A DNA stretch of 30,276 nucleotides from Candidatus Poribacteria bacterium (lineage in GTDB: Bacteria > Poribacteria > WGA-4E > UBA9662), in NCBI GenBank assembly GCA_046582655.1, contig JAYGDX010000151.1, positions 1 through 30,276 of the forward strand, read 5' to 3'. Made by a program: the position numbers and the translations under genes. Below are positions 1 to 8,921 of this stretch, piece by piece (the stretch's first letter is position 1; every line of letters starts with the position of its first letter). The notes beneath the pieces are model-generated. The model did not search any database. It was not told where the DNA came from and saw nothing but the letters and a program-made list of their open reading frames with translations.

Positions 1-1257
1 ATCTTATTTTTGCTCACGGTTTCTTTGAATATGTCTTTAGCACAAACAAGTCCCGCATTTAAAATCAAGATCAGTACAAATAATCCAAACGGCATCTTCG
101 CAACCGGCCAGACAATCAGTCTGTTTGCAGAAATAAGCAACAATAATGAAACAAAATCCAGAGGTCAATTGACTTGGACTATAGAAACCGATGAGAAAGA
201 AATCTTAAGGAAAACAAACGCTGAATTTTGGGTTGAGGCAGGTCAGATCAAGCAGCATTATTGTCCAACCGTAGATATTACAAAAGCTGGATTTTACCGG
301 TTTAGATGTACCTATAGGCATGAAGGGGAATCATATTGGAATAATACCACCATTGGTTACGACCCTGACTCAATTCACGCAACCTCAACAGCAGAACATG
401 ATTTTGATTCATTCTGGATACGTGCCTTAGCAGAACTCAACAGTATTGATCCAGAACATAGAATTATCCCACAACCTGACAAAAGCAGTCAGAAACGGGA
501 TGTTTACCTGATTGAGGTGAAAAGCGTTGGCAACCTTACTGTCCGCGGATGGCTGGAAGTGCCTAAAAAGGAAGGAATCTATCCTGCTCTGTTGCGGCTT
601 CCCGGATATGGTTCTGCAATGTGGCCGGTAGATAAATATGACGATATGATTATATTCTCTTTTAATCCTCGTGAGCACGGTAATTCCGATAAAGCACCGG
701 GAGGACCACAGGGACTTTGGGTCCGGGGTCTGGACGACAAAGAAAATTATTATTATCGTGGAGCGTATCTGGATTCCATCAGGGCCATGGATTATTTGGC
801 CTCCCGGCATGATGTAGACACTCGACAAGTTGCCGTCTGGGGAGGCAGTCAGGGAGGTGGGCTAAGTTTTGCAACTGCCGCCTTTGATCAACGAGTCAGG
901 TACTGTATTGCAGATGTCCCATTTTTATGCGACTGGAACAAATACTTCAAAACGACTCATTGGGACGAGATCGACATGTGGATCGCTCAAAAGCCCGAAA
1001 TCCGAAACTGGGCGAGTATGCTCAAAACTTTAAGCTATTTTGATACCATGAACCTGGCGGCAAAAATCAACGCGGAAATTTTGATGCGCGCTGGTCTGCA
1101 AGATCCGATATGTCCACCAGCAACATGCTTTGCCACCTATAACCAGATAAAAAGCGAAAAGAGCTGGCTTGTTTACCGAGACTCCGGACATAGTTTAGGT
1201 AAAGAGCATTGGCAGTACGGATTTGACTGGCTAAGATCGCGATTTCGCCTAAAATGA
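1..1257 (+). CDS. Acetylxylan esterase / cephalosporin-C deacetylase family (CE7) alpha/beta hydrolase with N-terminal extension; probably 5'-truncated by the window
   Basis: GGSQGG nucleophile motif, 'YYYRGAYLDSIRAMDYL', Asp in 'GLQDPICPP', His in 'DSGHS', 'DFDSFW' CE7-type N-terminal motif. The frame is open from base 1 (ILFLLTVSLNMSLAQ, signal-peptide-like). Confidence 0.88.
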   Translation: MLFLLTVSLNMSLAQTSPAFKIKISTNNPNGIFATGQTISLFAEISNNNETKSRGQLTWTIETDEKEILRKTNAEFWVEAGQIKQHYCPTVDITKAGFYRFRCTYRHEGESYWNNTTIGYDPDSIHATSTAEHDFDSFWIRALAELNSIDPEHRIIPQPDKSSQKRDVYLIEVKSVGNLTVRGWLEVPKKEGIYPALLRLPGYGSAMWPVDKYDDMIIFSFNPREHGNSDKAPGGPQGLWVRGLDDKENYYYRGAYLDSIRAMDYLASRHDVDTRQVAVWGGSQGGGLSFATAAFDQRVRYCIADVPFLCDWNKYFKTTHWDEIDMWIAQKPEIRNWASMLKTLSYFDTMNLAAKINAEILMRAGLQDPICPPATCFATYNQIKSEKSWLVYRDSGHSLGKEHWQYGFDWLRSRFRLK

Positions 1258-1303
1258 ATAACTCCATAGGCAACAACCACACAATCTCTGAGCTTTGAAA
1301 TCA

Positions 1304-1897
1304 TTAACTCAAGCATTGAAGAACAGTATCCCGGTAGGCTTCTAAATCGGGAACTTGAGAACCTTGCACTTTGGCACAATCATCCCAGATTCTCAATTGC
1401 GTAGCGGCTTCAAAATAATCGAGCTTCTCAAAGTCGACCTTTTCTTTGGAAGACATGGCTCCTCCCTGAACATGAAAACTTCTTTGGGACGCATCAGAAA
1501 GACTATCGTAATATGCAAGATCGACTGTACACAGATACCTTTTGGCTGGCACATGTAATCGAATCGGTTCCGTAATAGATGGGGGGAAAAATGGCTGCAG
1601 ATAAGTTGAACCTATTTCTTCATGGTTCAAATCCTGAGACAGAAAGCGATGATTATCACTTCGCTCGTCAAGAAGGAAATGCCCCAAGTCGTGCAAAAGC
1701 GCACTAGTTACCAGACTTGCATCCACAGCGCAAAGAGTCGCTTGATGCGCACATTGTAGCGCATGCTGCAGTTGGGTAACGCTTTCGTCATAGAAGGATT
1801 GCCCCTTTTCCTCCATATAGGCAAACAACATCTTGACTTTCTCACTCGGAACTGCTTTTTCAATCTTTGTAGCCAATGACAGATCAATTCTAATCAT
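1304..1897 (-). CDS. HD-domain diiron oxygenase, PhnZ/TmpB-like (oxidative C-P bond cleavage family)
   Basis: Motifs 'YDESVTQLQHALQCA', 'ALLHDLGH', 'HEEIG', 'HVPAKRYL', 'LSDASQRSFHVQGG' and 'LRIWDDCAK' match the metal and substrate ligand pattern of PhnZ. Confidence 0.85.
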   Translation of the reverse strand: MIRIDLSLATKIEKAVPSEKVKMLFAYMEEKGQSFYDESVTQLQHALQCAHQATLCAVDASLVTSALLHDLGHFLLDERSDNHRFLSQDLNHEEIGSTYLQPFFPPSITEPIRLHVPAKRYLCTVDLAYYDSLSDASQRSFHVQGGAMSSKEKVDFEKLDYFEAATQLRIWDDCAKVQGSQVPDLEAYRDTVLQCLS

Positions 1898-2037
1898 AAC
1901 TTAACACCGTTTCCCACTCGAAATCGGACAATTCCACTAAATCTGGTTGACTTGATCAGGCTACATATACTTAGCGAAAGCCCTGCGTTCATCTGGATAA
2001 TATCTCTCGCGCCAATCTCCTCAAGATAAGGTACATT
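1895..2037 (-). pseudogene. Decayed C-terminal remnant of a PhnY-like (PhyH-family) dioxygenase
   Basis: Manual minus-strand translation gives MYL..GDWRERYYPDERRAFAKYM*PDQVNQI, then by frameshift SGIVRF. This resembles PhnY-type C-termini, is broken by stops and frameshifts, and abuts the PhnZ-like start. Confidence 0.45.
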
Positions 2038-2530
2038 TTCGAAAACATATCAGATAAAATCACCTAACACCCTTCTTTCCTAATCCTGCAGCAAACCACG
2101 TCTAAAAACGCACATACACATACAACCGATGACAAGTGCCTCTATTAAGGTGTTTCAGGATTCTATCGGAGTCAAGCATCTAGTCCAACTCTCTAACCTT
2201 CGGTCCCGTATGGTGTCGCTCTATCAAAAAATAATGGGAGATTGAGAGAGTTCCTCCAAATCACCAAGTAAAATGCGGCTGTCGGTGAATATCCCACACG
2301 TTGTGTCCCAACGCAAGTCAATCCAATCACCCTTATGCTTCCATCTTGGCATGCATGCAGTTTGAAAAATATAAAATGGCAACTTTCCTAAATCACTTTC
2401 CACTCAAAGGCAAACTTTATGCTACTGTATTGAAGAAAGCTTTCAACGAACCAAACCAACTCAAGATACTCGCTGCTAGCAAATGCGTAACCCTCGTTAA
2501 TAAATCCAATGCTAAAACTGAGGTATACCC

Positions 2531-3811
2531 TTGGACACTTTTAGATTAATCTCGGACAATGGATCGGACCGCGCGACTGGATACAACATGAGTTGCAAGA
2601 TCATCCGATCTGATGAACATCTTTTTCTCGGCTGGTTGGACGCACCAGAGCATAAGGGTGATTCTGCAAGAATCATGGTCGCAAGATGCGATCCGGAAAC
2701 AGGTGAACCAAACTTTATAACACAAGTTGGGGCAGGAATTGACAACCACTGTGGACCAGCTCTTGCTTACGATCCTCATCGGAAGCGACTACATGTGATC
2801 ACTGGCGCACACCACGGACCATTTGAGCATTTTTGTACTGATGATCTCGGTGAAAGCTGGTTTTTGGTCGAGAAAATTGGCGAAGAGAATTCGTATCCCA
2901 GTCTAGCGATTGACGGTAATGGAACACTTCATCTGGCTTACCGGAAAAGGAGTAATCGCTGGCAGATGTGCTATCGAAGCAAACAAGTTGAACATGCATG
3001 GGGTGAGGAAATTGCAGTTGCGGTTAGCCCCATGCCAGGCTATAACCATTTCATGCAGTCGTTGTCGGCAACACCAGACGGCACACTTCACCTTACTTTC
3101 CAATTTCACTACGCAGAGTCTGGTCGTGCACAGGATTGCAAAGGACGGGCAGTCCTACATGTCCAATCATCAAATCAGGGAGAATCATGGTTTTCCAGCA
3201 AACAAGCATATGATCAACCAATTACCATTGACTCAATGGATCCCGTCTGTGCTTATCCTAACGAAAATTTGCGAAGACACGATCTTAGAATTGGCAATCA
3301 TATCCCACCCCTTCCAAATGGGGATGGCAAGTTGAGCAGTGTCTGTTTTTTTACCACTGTTCCAGATAACCCGCATGGTCAACTTTGGTATCAGAACCAA
3401 ACATGTTGGGAATCCATCAATCTCTCAAAATTCACCTCGGGACTAAATGTTCACGGTGGCAAATCGACTTCGATTTCCAGAGACATCGAAGGGAACGTGC
3501 ACCTAGTTATCGCAACATCGCCAGTCGGCCAGGAGACAGCATGGTTTGATCCAAGCCACGAGTTGTTCCACCTAGCTCTCAACCCCACCGGCGAATTAAT
3601 TTCATTTTCGCAAATCACGGACGTTGAAGCAAGTTCAGCCCGATGGCTTCCCGCATTAGAGTACAGGAACTGGCAATCTTCAAAAACAGGTAGCTCTAAC
3701 GGACTTTGGATGATGTTCACAGAAGGGTTAAATCAGGGCGGCATCGGAGGAGATAATGCAAATGCAATAAAAACAAAAGTTTATCTCGCCCAGTTGCAGG
3801 TAAGAATATAG
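2531..3811 (+). CDS. BNR-4 repeat / sialidase-like beta-propeller protein
   Basis: 'DNHCGPALAYD..LHVITGAHHGP', 'SYPSLAIDGNGTLHLAYR', and Asp-box-like 'TDDLGESW' and 'SSNQGESW'. TTG start preceded by GAGGT. No signal peptide. Confidence 0.75.
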   Translation: MDTFRLISDNGSDRATGYNMSCKIIRSDEHLFLGWLDAPEHKGDSARIMVARCDPETGEPNFITQVGAGIDNHCGPALAYDPHRKRLHVITGAHHGPFEHFCTDDLGESWFLVEKIGEENSYPSLAIDGNGTLHLAYRKRSNRWQMCYRSKQVEHAWGEEIAVAVSPMPGYNHFMQSLSATPDGTLHLTFQFHYAESGRAQDCKGRAVLHVQSSNQGESWFSSKQAYDQPITIDSMDPVCAYPNENLRRHDLRIGNHIPPLPNGDGKLSSVCFFTTVPDNPHGQLWYQNQTCWESINLSKFTSGLNVHGGKSTSISRDIEGNVHLVIATSPVGQETAWFDPSHELFHLALNPTGELISFSQITDVEASSARWLPALEYRNWQSSKTGSSNGLWMMFTEGLNQGGIGGDNANAIKTKVYLAQLQVRI

Positions 3812-4032
3812 ATGTCAATGAGAAAGCGACCGAATCTTTATACATATTCATTCAGATCGCCCCTTTACAAGACACACTGTTACAGAGCCAAATTCGAATT
3901 GCACTAACCAGGGTTGAGATCCTATCGCAGATACCTTTAAATCATGCTGAGGCGAAAATTCCCGGCAACTGAAGTAAAGTGTTCTTACCTTCCCTTGAAC
4001 GATGAAGATCCGATTTGCCTGAATTATGATGC

Positions 4033-5004
4033 CTACGCGCTGACTGCTTGGATCAGAGCAATAATATACCCGAATTGGAACGCCCAAGCCTGACATACTC
4101 GCCCGGACACTCCGGCTGGAGACGTATCATCCGGATGATTGGGCGCGTGATCCGGCATCAGCATGTAGGGATATTCCACTTCTGCGAGCGTTTGTGCCAC
4201 CCGATGCATATCCAGATCACCTTCATCCGGCCACACCTCTTGGAAGTTATGGAGTCCTCCGCGAATATTACGAAAATGGACATTGAAGATCTTCTTACGC
4301 TCACCAAAATAGCGTACAATATCATAAAGTTCCGTCCCTGGATCTTTTAAGCCTTCAGAAGCAACGCCACAGCAGAAATTGAACCCGTTATATGGACTGT
4401 CCACCAACTCAACAAATTGTTTCAGCCCATCAAACACCGGGTAGTTCCACCTTTCTACCCCTCTAAGTACCGGGGCAGGCGGGTCATTGAGGTGAGCAGC
4501 CATCTGTACCTGATGTTCTTCCGCTACTGGGATCACCCACTCAAGGAAATAACCAATCCGATCAAATGCTTCATCCCGACTGACTTCACCCGCTTCCGAC
4601 AGGGTTTGGTTATCGAATTTGGAGAGGTCAAAGGTGCTGTATGTTGTTCCACCACGTCCAGGTGTGGATTCAGTCCGCTGATGCGGCAAAATACAAAAAT
4701 TGTAGTTTAACCCCCTAATTCCAGCTTGACTTGCATTCTCAATAATCTGGCATATTCCTTCCAGATCCCGGTCACGTTGCGGATCCTGTGCTAAAGTAAT
4801 GCTGTTTGGAAGACCAATATGGATCATCTCCAAACTAACACCCCATTGGGCGGCTTCTTCCCTGTGACGCGACAGCGTTTCAACTTCGTTGTTTTCAACT
4901 GAGGCATCCATGTGTGTCACACCATGCCGCACCAAAAACTGCAATTCCTTTTCCGAGGTGCCTATCCCCTGAACACCAACATGCATTCTTCCATTTCCAC
5001 TCAT
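4033..5004 (-). CDS. Mannonate dehydratase (UxuA)-like sugar-acid dehydratase
   Basis: 'YNFC', 'HLNDPP' (HPDDPP-like), 'NGFNFCCG', 'VHFRNIRG', 'DEGDLDM', 'MPDH'. Start reassigned to the ATG at 5004, which has GGAG upstream. Confidence 0.82.
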   Translation of the reverse strand: MSGNGRMHVGVQGIGTSEKELQFLVRHGVTHMDASVENNEVETLSRHREEAAQWGVSLEMIHIGLPNSITLAQDPQRDRDLEGICQIIENASQAGIRGLNYNFCILPHQRTESTPGRGGTTYSTFDLSKFDNQTLSEAGEVSRDEAFDRIGYFLEWVIPVAEEHQVQMAAHLNDPPAPVLRGVERWNYPVFDGLKQFVELVDSPYNGFNFCCGVASEGLKDPGTELYDIVRYFGERKKIFNVHFRNIRGGLHNFQEVWPDEGDLDMHRVAQTLAEVEYPYMLMPDHAPNHPDDTSPAGVSGRVCQAWAFQFGYIIALIQAVSA

Positions 5005-5086
5005 TTTCAGTATTTCTCCAGTAAACGTGAATTTAAGCAGGAAGCATACAGGATTGAGAAAACCGATGCAACTGATTCTGGCTGGA

Positions 5087-5752
5087 TTACCGTTTCCGGT
5101 GAGACATCTGATCCAAGGCAATACGGGCAGTCCGCTGAGTTTCTCTATCACCGTGATTCAATGCCTCGGTCAACTGGGCCACGGCAGGCTGACCAATATT
5201 CAACAGCGCGCGCACTGAAACCCGTCGAACATTCCATTCCCTATCATCCAAATTGCCAATCAAAACAGGAATAATAAGATCAAGAGGTTGACCTATCTCA
5301 CCTAGGGCAAAAGCGGCTTGTTGCCTGACATCGGCATTTGGACTCCCAAACACATCAATCAAAAATGGTACTGTGGACTTTCCCATCAAGACAATGGACA
5401 GTGACGCGGTGGTGCGAACGTTCTGCTCAGCATCAGCGAAAGCGTGAATCAGTGCCGGAACGACCTGTTCAACCGGCTCACCAATTTCACCTAATAACCA
5501 AACTATGTTTGCACGCATAGCTGGATTTTGGCTATCCAGTGCCATAATAAGCGAGGAGACAGACGGCGCTCCAATCTGCTGCAAGTGCTTAACAGCCGAT
5601 GCTCGGTCATTCGCATCTAATGCTCCCATTTGCAGAATGTACTTTTTAATTTCATGTTCCGGCGATTCGCAGCTAACAAGAATCATGCTATTAATTACAA
5701 AAAATAAAACCGAGCATGTGAATCGTAACGAACCATTCTTTATACTTGACAT
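5087..5752 (-). CDS. HEAT-repeat (PBS lyase-like) putative lipoprotein
   Basis: Repeated 'VRQQAAFALGEIG' / 'MRANIVWLLGEIG' / 'VRRVSVRALLNIG' units. Hydrophobic N-terminus ends in lipobox-like LVSC. Confidence 0.8.
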   Translation of the reverse strand: MSSIKNGSLRFTCSVLFFVINSMILVSCESPEHEIKKYILQMGALDANDRASAVKHLQQIGAPSVSSLIMALDSQNPAMRANIVWLLGEIGEPVEQVVPALIHAFADAEQNVRTTASLSIVLMGKSTVPFLIDVFGSPNADVRQQAAFALGEIGQPLDLIIPVLIGNLDDREWNVRRVSVRALLNIGQPAVAQLTEALNHGDRETQRTARIALDQMSHRKR

Positions 5753-5860
5753 TATCGGGCTTTGTTGTTTCGATTGGAAGGTGGTATCTTCTGCTCAACC
5801 TAGGCAAATTTGATCAATAAAACCATTGACAGCACATGCCTACACCAGAAATTGGCAGTT

Positions 5861-6202
5861 TCAACTGAAATGGATCCAGTGACCGTCGGGGTCTTGAAAA
5901 CTCAAGTTCGGTCCACGCTGTTGCAACGGGATATTCTGCTGGCGGAGTATCTCCAGGGCTGATTCCTCCTGTTGACTGGTTAGATTAAACGCCAGATGAT
6001 GGACGCCCTTCCCAATTCTATCAGTATCTAATGTCTCGAATAGCGCTAAAACTCCACCATCCGCCAATTTTAGAAATATACGATGTTCTGAAGCACTAAC
6101 TTCTCGTAAACCTAGCTTTTGAATATACCAATCGGCTGATTTCCGGACATCTTTTACCCAGATGGCAACGTGATTAAAACTTTGAGCTGTAATTTTCGGC
6201 AT
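5861..6202 (-). CDS. VOC / glyoxalase-family protein
   Basis: 'FNHVAIWVKDVRKSADWY', 'HHLAF', 'FQDPDGHWI'. Start reassigned to the ATG at 6202, which has an AAGGAG RBS. Confidence 0.85.
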   Translation of the reverse strand: MPKITAQSFNHVAIWVKDVRKSADWYIQKLGLREVSASEHRIFLKLADGGVLALFETLDTDRIGKGVHHLAFNLTSQQEESALEILRQQNIPLQQRGPNLSFQDPDGHWIHFS

Positions 6203-6361
6203 TTTTGCAAACTCCTTTCTAAAGCGAGACGAGGTGGACCTGCAGGCCACATGAGGATTCTTATAATTAAAACATTTAGCCGGATTTTCTTTCTTGGCCC
6301 ATACAGGGATATTTGACAAGGTTATCATATACATCCCACGGATTTCAATTATACGTACTTT

Positions 6362-6388
6362 CATGACAGAATCAATCGATATGTCATG
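6362..6388. promoter_or_regulatory. Inverted repeat CATGACA-N13-TGTCATG, candidate operator in the divergent intergenic region
   Basis: Perfect 7-bp arms at 6362-6368 and 6382-6388, 10 nt upstream of the predicted -35. Confidence 0.35.
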
Positions 6389-6398
6389 TAAATTCCAA

Positions 6399-6427
6399 TT
6401 GACTCAAAATTGAAAAATTGTTAGGAT
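6399..6427 (+). promoter_or_regulatory. Sigma70-type promoter for the large + strand cluster
   Basis: TTGACT (6399-6404), 17-nt spacer, TAGGAT (6422-6427), with extended -10 TG at 6419-6420. Confidence 0.55.
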
Positions 6428-6460
6428 AACAAAGACTAAACTTGAACGGAGAAAATCCTG

Positions 6461-7549
6461 ATGAAGGCCTGGCGGTTTTATGAATTCAACAACATGCAGT
6501 TAGACGAAATTCCTGATCCGCTTCTACGTAAAGGGCATGTGATAGCTGAAATCTTGTGCGTGCAACCCTCTGTCACTGAAGCACAACTGGCATACGGCAT
6601 TCGCACGCTTGCCTATGAACAGATCAAGAATCGGCTGGAGACAGAAGCGCCGATACAGCTATTTGGTCATGAGTTTTGCGCCCGAATTGTAGAAACAGAG
6701 GAGGGATCCCGGTTTTGTCCGGGAGACCGCGTGGCTGCTCGTGCTAAATTGCCGTGCGGTGAATGCTCCCTGTGTCTTGCGGAGTCCAGTTATCTTTGTC
6801 GGCGTGGACCGATTATCGGGTTTCAACTTCCAGGCTGTTTCTCTGAGTTTGCCGTACTACCTGAAATCGCTTTAGCAAAAGTCGATAACCAGATTTCCGA
6901 CAACGAAGCGGCCTGTCTACAATCACTAAGTGATGGTCTTGCTGCCGTGGATACTGCCGAAATCCGGATGGGTGATTCCGTCGTCATCTTCGGCCAAGGC
7001 AGCATGGGACTTGAATGCATGCAAGTTGCCCGCACTAACGGTGCTGGCAAGCTCATTACAGTGGATGTGCGTGAAGAAGCCCTCAAGATGTCGAAAGAAT
7101 TGGGTGCCGACTACACCATCGATGCAAGATGTAACGATCCTGTCGAGGTTATTCGCGAGTTGACTGATGGAAACGGAGCCGATGTGGTTTTTGAATGCGC
7201 AGGTGGAAGTCCAACACAGGGACTTGCCGGAACTAAAACACTCGGGCAAGCAATTGGGTCAGTCCAGTCAGGTGGGAAATTAGTGATCGTCTCCTGGTTC
7301 GGCCACCCAATGGAACTTGATGTAGACTTACTACGCGAACGAAGCATAAGATGCTTATTCCCAGATATCAGTACGCTCGGGCATTTGGAACATACTATCC
7401 GGTTGGTTACCTCTGGGCGTGTACAGGTGAAACCGACAATTACGCATATTCTATCTGGTATTGAAATGGTTCCAAAAGCCTTTGAAATAACCGCCAATAA
7501 AAGCAAGTACGGCGCTATTAACCCTGCGCAAGTGATGCTTTATCAGTAA
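6461..7549 (+). CDS. Zinc-binding MDR-family (threonine/sorbitol dehydrogenase-like) oxidoreductase with atypical catalytic Zn site
   Basis: GHE motif, structural Zn motif C-x2-C-x2-C-x7-C (CGECSLCLAESSYLC), Rossmann motif GQGSMG, 'GADVVFECAG'. GGAG RBS upstream. Confidence 0.88.
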   Translation: MKAWRFYEFNNMQLDEIPDPLLRKGHVIAEILCVQPSVTEAQLAYGIRTLAYEQIKNRLETEAPIQLFGHEFCARIVETEEGSRFCPGDRVAARAKLPCGECSLCLAESSYLCRRGPIIGFQLPGCFSEFAVLPEIALAKVDNQISDNEAACLQSLSDGLAAVDTAEIRMGDSVVIFGQGSMGLECMQVARTNGAGKLITVDVREEALKMSKELGADYTIDARCNDPVEVIRELTDGNGADVVFECAGGSPTQGLAGTKTLGQAIGSVQSGGKLVIVSWFGHPMELDVDLLRERSIRCLFPDISTLGHLEHTIRLVTSGRVQVKPTITHILSGIEMVPKAFEITANKSKYGAINPAQVMLYQ

Positions 7550-7664
7550 TGATACAGTCCGAATTAGTCAGAGAGCAGAAGGAAGTTTCCAGACAACTAC
7601 CCGCTATTGACAACAATACAATTAAATATCCCTGTTGATTAAACCAAATAAGGAACTTCGCATC

Positions 7665-8888
7665 ATGCAAATCAACCGTGACCAATTTCTGGAAGATGGT
7701 TATCTGGTATTAAGACAAGTTATTCCTCCAGATCAACTGGATGGTCTGCGTGTCAGCTACGAACATTTGTTGGAACGGCAAAGGGCAATCTGGTCAGCGG
7801 AACGCAACCCTAATGATCCGCCCGGTGGTGTTTGGGAAACTTCGGCCCAACCAAGATTACTCCTTCAACGAAACCCTCTAGCAGGTCTGATTGATCAACA
7901 CTCCGCCAGTGCTGTAGAAATCTGGCTTCACCCAAATACCCAGGGAGTTAGTAGCAGATTGCTGGATCTACCCGATACGGCTGTGACGGAGATGATGCTG
8001 ATGTGCAACCCGATAAGTAACCGGGGACCAGCAACTTGGCACCGAGATCTACATCCGATTGACACCGCTCCACTTCAAGGTTACATTGACGATATTGTTG
8101 AAACAGGCCCTCGCTATGTACAGTGGAACATCCCACTTTACGACGATGAGGTCCTATGGGTCGTTCCTGGCAGTCACCTTCGCCTCAACACCGATCAGGA
8201 AAACAACCAACTGCTGGCTGATCCACGCGTCCCACTTCCAAACGGAATTCAGACCCACTTAAAAGCTGGTGATGGCGTTGTCTACATACTTCCTATTCTG
8301 CATTGGGGTAGCAATTATAGCACCAAGATGCGCCGAACCATTCATGGCGGCTTTTCCAATCATACCCAGTATCCTAACCTAGACTTTGTCACACATCTGT
8401 CTGCATCAGGCCAGAAGACGTTCAAACGCTGGGAACGGCGCAGCATTGAAATGCAAGATCACACCGAATCTGCCCTGAGAGCCGCAATAAAAAAAGATAG
8501 CCACGATTACCATTCCAATCTGGAAAAGCTTAGTCCCAGCAGACAAGAAAAGGGTAAGATGCTAACAACTATTTTCTTGTCTAAGGCGGTTTGTTTTATC
8601 AACCTCAACAAGAATCCCGACTTTGAAGGTATATCAGATGATCTCCGTCAAAAGGCACCCAGCGCGCACCCAACGACCCTCAATTGGGGAACGGAATTTG
8701 CCCATCGTTTCTCAGTTGAAGAAGCCAAAATACTGTGGGACCGGTTCAGGATTATCGAGGCCAAACTTCAAGCCGAAGAAGAGCATTTTTATCCCGGCTT
8801 CCAATCAGGACCAATGCGTTATTTCTTTAACCAGATGCCTGCCGGTTTCAATGTCACAGACCTGATTGCCAGTTGGAGTGATTCTTAA
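7665..8888 (+). CDS. Phytanoyl-CoA dioxygenase (PhyH) family Fe(II)/2OG dioxygenase with long C-terminal extension
   Basis: 'FLEDGYLVL', WHRD, 'WVVPGSH', 'LKAGDGVVY', 'LHWG', 'RRTIH'. Start at ATG 7665 after AAGGA. Confidence 0.85.
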   Translation: MQINRDQFLEDGYLVLRQVIPPDQLDGLRVSYEHLLERQRAIWSAERNPNDPPGGVWETSAQPRLLLQRNPLAGLIDQHSASAVEIWLHPNTQGVSSRLLDLPDTAVTEMMLMCNPISNRGPATWHRDLHPIDTAPLQGYIDDIVETGPRYVQWNIPLYDDEVLWVVPGSHLRLNTDQENNQLLADPRVPLPNGIQTHLKAGDGVVYILPILHWGSNYSTKMRRTIHGGFSNHTQYPNLDFVTHLSASGQKTFKRWERRSIEMQDHTESALRAAIKKDSHDYHSNLEKLSPSRQEKGKMLTTIFLSKAVCFINLNKNPDFEGISDDLRQKAPSAHPTTLNWGTEFAHRFSVEEAKILWDRFRIIEAKLQAEEEHFYPGFQSGPMRYFFNQMPAGFNVTDLIASWSDS

Positions 8889-8921
8889 TTCTCGAGGTAT
8901 ATCTTTCCGGAAAAGCATGTT

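Noticed and set aside
5005..5151. Long N-terminal extensions given in the ORF track (also 6203-6364, 10103-10159, 23064-23225)
   Set aside because: They overlap neighbouring genes or promoters. Downstream ATGs have good RBS-like sequences and coincide with where family homology starts.
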